Shown here: positions 56,924 through 64,000 of the stretch, piece by piece
Layout of the letters: the number at the start of each line of letters is the position of its first letter
Numbering within the stretch: position 1 is the first letter of the stretch
From: Terriglobia bacterium
GTDB lineage: Bacteria > Acidobacteriota > Terriglobia > JAIQFV01
Assembly: GCA_041494885.1 (NCBI GenBank)
Contig: JBGQBO010000007.1
Coordinates: 68,359 to 132,358, forward strand
Length of the DNA: 64,000 nucleotides
Direction: 5' to 3'
The notes under the pieces: generated by a model
Told to the model about the DNA's origin: nothing
Seen by the model: the letters and a program-made list of their open reading frames with translations, nothing else
Databases searched by the model: none
Position numbers and translations under genes: made by a program

Positions 56924-58963
56924 TTAAGTCAAAGAATCTTCCACGAGTTCCACCACATCGAGCATTTGTATCGTTTCTTCTGCGTTTTTTGCCTTCACGC
57001 CATCGCTGAGCATAATCATGCAAAACGGGCAGGACACGGCGATGGCGTCCGGGTGCGTCTCCATAGACTGTTCCACTCGAAGATGGCTCACCCTCTTGTC
57101 CTGGGGTTCTTCCATCCACATCCAGCCTCCCCCACCCCCGCAGCACATCCCGGTCTGCTTGTGACGTTCCATTTCCTGTAGCGTTGCGCCGGGAATGCGG
57201 GTCAGAATCTCCCGCGGAGAGTCATAGATTTCATTGTAGCGGCCATAGTAGCAGGAATCATGATACGTCACCCGCAGGGGCTTGGTTATCTCGCTGCGGA
57301 GTTTGAGCTTGCCCTTTTCGATAAGATCAGAGATCAACTCTGCCGCATGGATCACCTCATAGTTCCCGCCGAATTGAGGGTACTCATTCTTGAAGGTGTT
57401 ATAGCAGTGCGGACAGTTGACAATAATCTTCTTCACCCCGTACTTGCTGAATAGTCCGATGGCATGCTCGACCATGTTCTGGAACAAGTACTCGTTTCCC
57501 AGGCGCCGTGCCGTCTCGCCATTGCAGGGTTCCTCGGTGCCGAGTATGGCGAACTTGACTCCGGCCTTCTTTAAGATTTTCGTAAAGGCGATGGTGACTT
57601 TCTTGTTCCGGTCATCGAACGCCCCGGCACACCCGACGAAGTAGAGGTATTCCGCCTCCGGATGTTGCGAGATCAGGGGGACATCGAGACCCACGGCCCA
57701 GTCCGCTCGCTTGTGGGAACCCAGGCCCCAGGGATTGCTGTGCGTCTCCATTCCATTAAAAGCGCGGATGATTTCCGGGGGAAACCGGGCTTCATCCAGC
57801 ACGAGGTGGCGCCGCATGTCCACGATCTTGTCCACGTACTCGATCAGCACGGGACACGCCTCTTCGCAGGCACGGCAAGTTGTGCAAGCCCACAGCACTT
57901 CATCGTGGATCAATGTCTCGCCGACAATGTTTTCTCCGACCTCCCCTTCCTCCCTTGTTCGTTTCTTCTCGATCATCTCGCGCTGGTTCGTGTAGAGGTA
58001 ATCTCTCAAATCGAGAAGGAGCTGCCGCGGGGCCAATGCCTTCCCACTCAGGGTGGCGGGGCAATGCGAAGTGCAGCGGCCGCACTCGGTGCAACTGAAC
58101 ATGTCGAGGTCCTGCTTCCAGGTAAACTGGCTGATGTGCGATGTGCCGAAGGCCTCGGAATTCTCCAGATCCATTTTGCTGAGCGCCCCGGCGGGCTCGA
58201 GCTTGCGGAAAAACACATTCGGGATCGAAGTAACAATATGGAAATGCTTGGACCGAGGAAGGAGATTCAGGAAGACGAGGACCACCAGGTTATGAACCCA
58301 CCAGGCCCCCTGGCTGATCCACCGGGCCCATTGAGGACCCAGGGGAGCCAGCACATAAGTGCTGACCAGTCCACTGATCGGTTCCCATCGACGCTCCGCT
58401 TCCACCCAGCGGTCGCCCGCCAGGAACAAGAGACGACCGCCGTCATACAACAAGCCTCCCGCCATGATGGCAAAAATGAACAGGAGAATCAGCGGGCCTT
58501 CCCAATGCGACTGACCCGCGAGGCGGGATTCAGCCGGACGAAACCCCTGAAGGCGCTGGGGATGAGAGATCTTCCATCGATACAACCCCACCAGCGCGGC
58601 CCCCATCACCACCACCTCCATCAAGTCTCTGAGAAAGAGAAAGGGACCGCCCCACCCCTGGGGCGAAAAACCCGGAACAAAGAAGTGTGGCGAGAAGGCC
58701 CGCCCGAACATGGTGAGAATTTGCAGACCCAGAATGACGAATCCCCAGAAGATAAAAAAATGCATCCAGCCGGCAGGCTGCTCCCCTACCACAAATTTCT
58801 TTTGACCTAAGGCGTAAACCAACACCGCCTTCAGTCGCTGTCCCGGATGGTCCCAGCGGTCAGCAGGCCGGGCAGCCTTCAGTAGACGAAATCGGTTCAG
58901 GACGGTGCGCAGGAAGTATCCCGCCGCAGCCAATACAACCGCGGCAAAGATGAGAGGGGTCAT
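56924..58963 (-). CDS. Fused membrane heme-b (NarI/HdrE-like) plus HdrD/DsrK-like Fe-S, CCG-domain protein.
   Basis: 679-aa ORF. The N-terminus is a roughly 5-TM NarI-like domain. It is followed by two 4Fe-4S motifs (CTECGRCTSHCP, CTTCRACEEACP) and two CCG-type Cys-rich motifs (CPHCYNTF.., MCCGGGGG). Confidence 0.7.
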   Translation of the reverse strand: MTPLIFAAVVLAAAGYFLRTVLNRFRLLKAARPADRWDHPGQRLKAVLVYALGQKKFVVGEQPAGWMHFFIFWGFVILGLQILTMFGRAFSPHFFVPGFSPQGWGGPFLFLRDLMEVVVMGAALVGLYRWKISHPQRLQGFRPAESRLAGQSHWEGPLILLFIFAIMAGGLLYDGGRLLFLAGDRWVEAERRWEPISGLVSTYVLAPLGPQWARWISQGAWWVHNLVVLVFLNLLPRSKHFHIVTSIPNVFFRKLEPAGALSKMDLENSEAFGTSHISQFTWKQDLDMFSCTECGRCTSHCPATLSGKALAPRQLLLDLRDYLYTNQREMIEKKRTREEGEVGENIVGETLIHDEVLWACTTCRACEEACPVLIEYVDKIVDMRRHLVLDEARFPPEIIRAFNGMETHSNPWGLGSHKRADWAVGLDVPLISQHPEAEYLYFVGCAGAFDDRNKKVTIAFTKILKKAGVKFAILGTEEPCNGETARRLGNEYLFQNMVEHAIGLFSKYGVKKIIVNCPHCYNTFKNEYPQFGGNYEVIHAAELISDLIEKGKLKLRSEITKPLRVTYHDSCYYGRYNEIYDSPREILTRIPGATLQEMERHKQTGMCCGGGGGWMWMEEPQDKRVSHLRVEQSMETHPDAIAVSCPFCMIMLSDGVKAKNAEETIQMLDVVELVEDSLT

Positions 58964-59156
58964 TGGAAGGATCCTTTCTCCGGGTTTCTTTGGGTGTCAG
59001 TGTGCCTTCGATAGAAAGTCGTAAGGCTGAATGAGCCGCTGTCTAGAGATGAATGAAGCCCAGCCGGGATGGCTCCCTTTCGAGCGGGAAGTCCGGTCCT
59101 TCCCGAAGCCCCGAAGCCTTGGTCTCCTTGGGCCAGCCCTCCGAGCTTAGGTGCTC

Positions 59157-59975
59157 TCACTCCATCCTCTCCCCGTGAGGCTTCGTGTTCTCTTTACAGT
59201 TCGCGGGTTTTCGACTTGCACACCAAAAGTCGTACACCCGGTCTGGCATATGCTTCAAGAACCAGTAAACCACCCTCATGGGTCCAGGAAATACATAGCG
59301 CTTCTTCCCGGACTCGATCGCAAGGGCGATCCGGAGCGCGGCGGTTTGGGCATCTATCAACCAGGGCATGCGTTGGTTTTGTGCAGTCATTGGAGTCCGG
59401 ACAAAACCGGGATGAATCGAAATGACGTCGATGCCGCCACCCGCAAGTTCACCTCGAATGGACTCGAGATAAGTTGCCAAAGCAGCCTTCGAGGTGCAAT
59501 ACGCGGCGGTTTTCGGAAAGCCCCGGACTGCCGCCACCGAGCTGACGCCCACTAACTTTCCCGGACCCTGATGAGAGAGAAAGTAATTCTTTGCGATTTC
59601 CAGCGTGTGTATCGCGCCCAAGACATTCACCGCCAGCGTCTCCCGGGCAATCTCCCACTGGTGGGAACTGAAGGCACTCCGCCTCTCTCCAATGCCACTA
59701 TTGGCAATGGCGATGTCCAGACCACCCAGTTGATCGGTCAGTGCTTCCATCGCCGCTTCAAGCTCGGCTTCTTTTCGAACATCCGCCGGCTGGCAGCAGA
59801 ATATTTGTCGGGGAAAACGAGTACGCAATTCCCGGCACAGCGTTTGCATTTCAGGCTCACGGCGGGACAGGGTCCCTACATGTGCCCCCCGTCGGGCGAA
59901 CTCCCAAACCAAGGCGGCTCCAATTCCCGAAGTCCCGCCAGTGATGATGACTCGCTTGCCCGCTGATCGAAACAT
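59157..59975 (-). CDS. Short-chain dehydrogenase/reductase (SDR).
   Basis: TGGTSGIGAAL Rossmann motif. The catalytic YxxxK context (AYCTSKAAL) is present. The ATG at 59975 has an RBS. Confidence 0.8.
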   Translation of the reverse strand: MFRSAGKRVIITGGTSGIGAALVWEFARRGAHVGTLSRREPEMQTLCRELRTRFPRQIFCCQPADVRKEAELEAAMEALTDQLGGLDIAIANSGIGERRSAFSSHQWEIARETLAVNVLGAIHTLEIAKNYFLSHQGPGKLVGVSSVAAVRGFPKTAAYCTSKAALATYLESIRGELAGGGIDVISIHPGFVRTPMTAQNQRMPWLIDAQTAALRIALAIESGKKRYVFPGPMRVVYWFLKHMPDRVYDFWCASRKPANCKENTKPHGERME

Positions 59976-60177
59976 GATTGCCTTTCGAGACCACACGGTG
60001 CCTGCATATCTCCTTCTGATGGCAATGAAGCCCCCGAAAGACTCAGAAGGTTTGAGAATAATAGCAGATGGTATGGAGTCGTTTGGGAAGAAAAAAACAG
60101 GGGAATTCAGCAGGCCCTGCCAATGATTCCGTTCGCGGGGAACAAGCTCGCTCGAAGGCAGACCCCCCGGTCCCCGC

Positions 60178-61044
60178 TCATTTTCGAATCAGCGTGAAGA
60201 CAGGGCACGGCGCGTGGCGTACGACCCGGAGTGTCGTTGTGCCCACGATCGTGGAATCAAAGAATTTCCGGTGCTGTGCGCCGAGAACAATCAAGTCGAT
60301 TTTTTCATCCTCGGCATATGAAACAATCCTCTCAGCTCCCTCCCCTTTAATGACGACCTCTTGAATTTCACATTTCTTGCGGACCTCGGGGGGCACCCAG
60401 GCGTGCAGCCTCGTCATCTCGTCGGTTTCATCGCAGGGCTCTTCAATCGGTTCGATGGCACGCAGGACGGACACCGTAGCCCCAAAACACTCGGCAATGC
60501 GTGCCGCAGACACCAGGGCCATCCTTGAGACGACGGAAAAATTAATGGGGACCAGGATATTTCGGATGCTGGCCGAAGGCTTGACCTCGCCTTTTTTCAG
60601 CCGGACGGTGAGGACTGGACAGCCCGATTCCCGCAGGACTCGCTCCGCCACTGAACCCAGCAACATGCGGGTCTCACCCCCCTGCCCATGCGTCCCCATC
60701 ACAATCAAATCGACGGAGCGTGATTCCGCCGTCTCCACGATGGCATTGACCGGCGCGGATTCGACAACGATCAATTCAATTCCCGTCTTGGATTCGCCTA
60801 GTTGTTTTTCAACAAAGGAGGCCAGGTACTCCTCCGTTGAGCGTTTTGATTCTTTCCAAGCCTCTGCCAGTTGGTCAATGTGCGAGCCGCTCAGTTGCGG
60901 GGGAGGAAGGAACGGGTTTGCAAACAAGATTAAGAGGTCTCCCCCCGAGCACTTTCTAAAATCGGCAGCATACTTCAATGCCAGGGCAGAGAGATCACTG
61001 AAATCCACCGGACAGAGAATTGTCTTCAGTCCAAATTCCGACAT
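60178..61044 (-). CDS. Tandem-domain universal stress protein (UspA family).
   Basis: Two Usp domains, each with ATP-binding G-x2-G-x9-G(S/T)-like motifs (VMGTHGQGG.., IVLGAQHRK..). Confidence 0.8.
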   Translation of the reverse strand: MSEFGLKTILCPVDFSDLSALALKYAADFRKCSGGDLLILFANPFLPPPQLSGSHIDQLAEAWKESKRSTEEYLASFVEKQLGESKTGIELIVVESAPVNAIVETAESRSVDLIVMGTHGQGGETRMLLGSVAERVLRESGCPVLTVRLKKGEVKPSASIRNILVPINFSVVSRMALVSAARIAECFGATVSVLRAIEPIEEPCDETDEMTRLHAWVPPEVRKKCEIQEVVIKGEGAERIVSYAEDEKIDLIVLGAQHRKFFDSTIVGTTTLRVVRHAPCPVFTLIRK

Positions 61045-61632
61045 GGTCTCTTTCCTTTTCGAGGATCTTTCTGATGAAGTGAAATGAACTGGGTCGGGGA
61101 CAGTGGCGGAAGTCCTCGGTCAGCCCTCGTTAGCCCGGTCAGTCCAAAAGGTATGGTTTTTTGTTAAATTCGTACTGTGACCTGCAGTCATAGCCGAGGG
61201 TTCACTTTGGTCTCCTGATCGCCCTGCACCGTCGGGAACGCGGGCTCTCCTTCAAACAACCCGGAGAATCCTCAATGCATTTCAATAATTGCACTTAGCT
61301 ATTGCAAGAAAAAAAAGAGCTTGGTGGCTTGCCTCGACACAAGCCCTGCCATTCCCCATGGCGCTCAGCCATGAATGCAATCTGAGGGAACCCCAAAAGG
61401 GCTTCACATGGCTCACACGCAATGCGCATCGCAGTCTTTTCGGTCAACAACCTCAATTCTTTCGACTTTCAGTCATTATTCTGCTCCGACGAGCAAGAAT
61501 AATCAAGGAGGTAAACCTCATGGAGGTTAGATACATCAAACAAACTGTTCTAATTGGAGAAAAATGGGCAATTCAGTTGAGCCAAACCGTGGTAGGGGTT
61601 GTGTAAATCGGCTTATCTAAGGCCATCTGAAT

Positions 61633-61680
61633 GTGTATTTGAATACATCGTCTAATTGCCAAGTGTCGTGTATAATGGAG
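61633..61680 (+). promoter_or_regulatory. Candidate operator/promoter upstream of the second receptor gene. A 6-2-6 palindrome TGTATTtgAATACA sits next to an extended -10 TGTATAAT.
   Basis: Sequence tgaatgtgtatttgaatacatcgtctaattgccaagtgtcgtgtataatgg lies about 70-110 bp upstream of the ATG at 61749. Confidence 0.3.
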
Positions 61681-61748
61681 GGTTGGAAAAGGAGGCTGCA
61701 ATACCTCCCGCCTCCAGGATCTGAACACTAAGTGAGCGAGAGCAACTA

Positions 61749-64000
61749 ATGTCGAAGGCTATTTTCATCCTGTTCCGGTTATCCATTGTCTTGTGCACGA
61801 TGATCATCTCTCTCCCTCTCCGGGCCCAGGCCCCGGTTTCCCCCAAGTATGGATCCATTTCGGGCACCTTGATCGATGCTAATTCCAAACCAGTAAGCGA
61901 TGCCAAGGTGGAAGTCTCGCAAGATCAATTTGTAACCACCCTAAAAACGCTCAACTCCAACGAAAAAGGGAGATTCACCTTTGAGCCCTTGTCCCCTGGG
62001 TCCTATCAGGTCCGTTTCTCAAAAGAAGGCTTCGAAATGCTGACCCAGGATCACGTGGAGGTCAAGGCGGAAATTGTGACGGAACTGGATGTCCTGATGG
62101 TTCCGAAGATCACAATGACCCAGGAAATCACGGTCACAGAACAGCCCACCAACGAAGTGGCGGTGGGCTCAAGCCCCACGGCCGGGAAGATTACAGAAAA
62201 GACTATCGAGACCTTACCCCTGAAGATCAAGAAGATTGAAGAGACCCTGCCCATTATCCCCGGCGTCATTCGAACTGCGGATGGGAGGATCAGCATTAAG
62301 GGTGGGCAGGAATCTCAGAGCACTGTTTTAGTGAACCAGGCGGTGTCCAGCGATCCTGTCACGGGAAATTTTGTCATTAACATCCCCGTGGATGCCGTCG
62401 AGTCGGTCCAGGTTTTTAAGAGCCCTTATCTGTCGGAATACGGCCGATTCTCAGGCGGAGTTACCACCGTCGAAACCAAACCCGCAGGGCAAAAATGGGA
62501 CTTTTCTCTTAGTGATTTTCTGCCCAGTCCTCGGATCAAGGGAGGAAAAATCGTTGGCATCGCCGACGATACCCCCCGGCTTTCATTCGGAGGCCCTTTG
62601 ATCAAGGACCGCATCAGTTGGGCTCAGAGTTTTGAATACGACATTATCAAATCACCCGTCCGGGGCCTGACTTTCCCTCAGAACGAGATGAAGAGGGAAA
62701 CATTCAATTCCTATTCCCGCTTCGATTTCACCCTCTCCAACCGTAATATTTTGACCACGAGCTTCAATTTTTTCCCAGAAACCAAGAATTTCCTGAACCT
62801 AAATCATTTCAATCCGCAGGAAGTCACCCCCAATTTCCGCCAGCGGGGATACTCAATCAATGCCACGGATAATTTCAGCACAAAATCCGGCGGATTTCTC
62901 ACCACATTGGTTCAATTTACCAATTTCGACGCTTACATCTGGGGCCAGGGATTGAACCCGATGCTGTTGCAGCCGCAGACTTATAGTGGCAACTACTTCA
63001 ACATTCAAAATCGTTTCAGTGACCGTTTAGAGACGCTCCTGGTATACACCTTGCCCCCCAAACACGCAGGGGGCACCCACCAGTTGAAATACGGGGGAGG
63101 CGTGACCTACTCCCGGTACAGCGGATTTTCCCGGTCGCTTCCCGTCGAGGTCCTGCGCCTGAACGGAACGCTAGCAGAGAAGGACGAGTTCATTGGAAGC
63201 GGAAATCTGTCGCAATCCAATACGGAGTTTGCGTTGTTTTTCCAGGACCAGTGGCTGATCCATCCACGCTTTCAACTCGATCTCGGGCTCCGATACAATA
63301 ACCAGACGATCGCCGACGCCGTCAACCTTGCCCCACGAGCCGGATTTGCCTTCTCTCCATTTAAAAACGGGAAGACCGTTTTGCGAGGTGGCTTTGGACT
63401 TTTTTACGACAAGGTTCCACTCAATGCGACCAATTTCCAGCAGCAGCAGAATCGGATGGTCACGTTCTTCGGACCCGATGGGATCACACCGCTGGGGCCG
63501 GCGCAGGTATTTCAAAACCTCATCGTCGACGTGGGGCCCAAGGGACGACTGACAGAAGTTCGAGAGAATCCCGATTTCAGCTTCACTCCCTACAATGTCA
63601 GTTGGAACATTGAATTCGATCACAATCCCTTGCCGTGGGCCAGGATCCGCTTGAATTTCCTGAAGAGTTATTCCAAACGGCTATTCATGGTGGAGCCGGG
63701 CGTCCTCTCCCCCACCGATTTAACACCCACGACCGTTCTCAGCAACCGTGGTCAGGGCCGATACTATGAATTCGATACCATTGTGGAGTTGAAACTCCGC
63801 AAGAATGACATGCTCACGACCTCGTTTGTGCAAAGCAGGGCGCAGGGCGATTTGAATAACTTCAATGCCTTTTATGGAAACACCCCCAATCCCCTGCTCC
63901 GGCCGAACCAGTTTTCGAATCTTCCGTTTGACACGCCTCAACGCTTCATCTCCTGGGGAGTCTTCCATTTGCCCTGGAGTGTAACACTCTCCCCGATCTT
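61749..64000 (+). CDS. TonB-dependent-receptor-like outer membrane protein with an N-terminal carboxypeptidase-regulatory-like domain, 3'-partial (runs off the window).
   Basis: The frame is open from the ATG at 61749 to the window end; I translated it by hand. Signal peptide MSKAIFILFRLSIVLCTMIISLPLRAQA, then GSISGTLIDANSKPVSDAKVEV...GRFTFEPLSPGSYQV, then plug-like RISIKGGQESQSTVLVNQ. It is not in the ORF track because no stop codon is reached. Confidence 0.7.
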   Translation, partial: MSKAIFILFRLSIVLCTMIISLPLRAQAPVSPKYGSISGTLIDANSKPVSDAKVEVSQDQFVTTLKTLNSNEKGRFTFEPLSPGSYQVRFSKEGFEMLTQDHVEVKAEIVTELDVLMVPKITMTQEITVTEQPTNEVAVGSSPTAGKITEKTIETLPLKIKKIEETLPIIPGVIRTADGRISIKGGQESQSTVLVNQAVSSDPVTGNFVINIPVDAVESVQVFKSPYLSEYGRFSGGVTTVETKPAGQKWDFSLSDFLPSPRIKGGKIVGIADDTPRLSFGGPLIKDRISWAQSFEYDIIKSPVRGLTFPQNEMKRETFNSYSRFDFTLSNRNILTTSFNFFPETKNFLNLNHFNPQEVTPNFRQRGYSINATDNFSTKSGGFLTTLVQFTNFDAYIWGQGLNPMLLQPQTYSGNYFNIQNRFSDRLETLLVYTLPPKHAGGTHQLKYGGGVTYSRYSGFSRSLPVEVLRLNGTLAEKDEFIGSGNLSQSNTEFALFFQDQWLIHPRFQLDLGLRYNNQTIADAVNLAPRAGFAFSPFKNGKTVLRGGFGLFYDKVPLNATNFQQQQNRMVTFFGPDGITPLGPAQVFQNLIVDVGPKGRLTEVRENPDFSFTPYNVSWNIEFDHNPLPWARIRLNFLKSYSKRLFMVEPGVLSPTDLTPTTVLSNRGQGRYYEFDTIVELKLRKNDMLTTSFVQSRAQGDLNNFNAFYGNTPNPLLRPNQFSNLPFDTPQRFISWGVFHLPWSVTLSPI

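Noticed and set aside
61289-61606. 105-aa ORF in the 700-bp intergenic region before the second receptor gene
   Set aside because: There is no RBS and composition is atypical. The region more likely holds the promoter and operator for the downstream gene.

Overview
This window looks like high-GC (about 55-58%) bacterial chromosome. The two TonB-dependent-receptor-like genes with carboxypeptidase-regulatory-like N-termini hint at Acidobacteria or a related soil lineage, but that is only an inference. Gene order, with strand and approximate position, is as follows.
- 1-2532 (+): 3' part of a pyruvate:ferredoxin oxidoreductase gene that carries an in-frame TAG at 2263.
- 2638-3042 (+): a PF05635-type four-helix-bundle gene inside a heptamer-repeat palindromic element.
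- 3150-4145 (+): a DHOD-like TIM-barrel protein.
- 4282-7111 (+): hypD, then a second four-helix-bundle gene in the same kind of palindromic element, then hypE.
- 7299-8699 (+): class II photolyase.
- 9162-9959 (+): thiD.
- 10.3-25.2 kb: a metal-resistance region. It holds two small secreted Cys/His proteins, czcCBA set 1 (the CzcB adaptor has a duplicated, Cys-poor metal-binding motif), an antiporter-like membrane protein, a TRASH-domain membrane protein, a tandem-repeat secreted protein, a lytic transglycosylase, a P-type Cu ATPase with 2 TRASH and 2 HMBD modules, and an exported truncated hemoglobin on the minus strand.
- 25778-26866 (+): apbC/mrp.
- 27.2-37.7 kb, minus strand: DUF1175-like protein, polytopic membrane protein, TgpA transglutaminase, family-4 UDG, coaBC, rpoZ, gmk, yicC, a third gene-less heptamer palindrome (35693-35878), and an msbA-like ABC exporter.
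- 37.8-40.7 kb, minus strand: a vapBC toxin-antitoxin pair and two orphan Dpp/Opp-type permeases.
- 41.5-47.2 kb (+): czcCBA set 2.
- 47.2-50.7 kb: a 3.3 kb cassette (small ORF plus a TonB-dependent-receptor-like gene) bracketed by a direct duplication of the czcA 3' end.
- 50.8-64.0 kb: aldehyde dehydrogenase, Skp, a DsbA-like protein, a 679-aa protein with an IS5/InsH N-terminal-like domain fused to a disordered membrane-anchored region, a fused NarI-like/HdrD-like Fe-S membrane protein (minus), SDR (minus), UspA (minus), and the 5' part of a second TonB-dependent-receptor-like gene.
I found no rRNA, tRNA or CRISPR array. The main anomalies are the three heptamer-repeat palindromic elements (two with four-helix-bundle genes inserted between operon genes) and the czcA-3'-end duplication around the receptor cassette.
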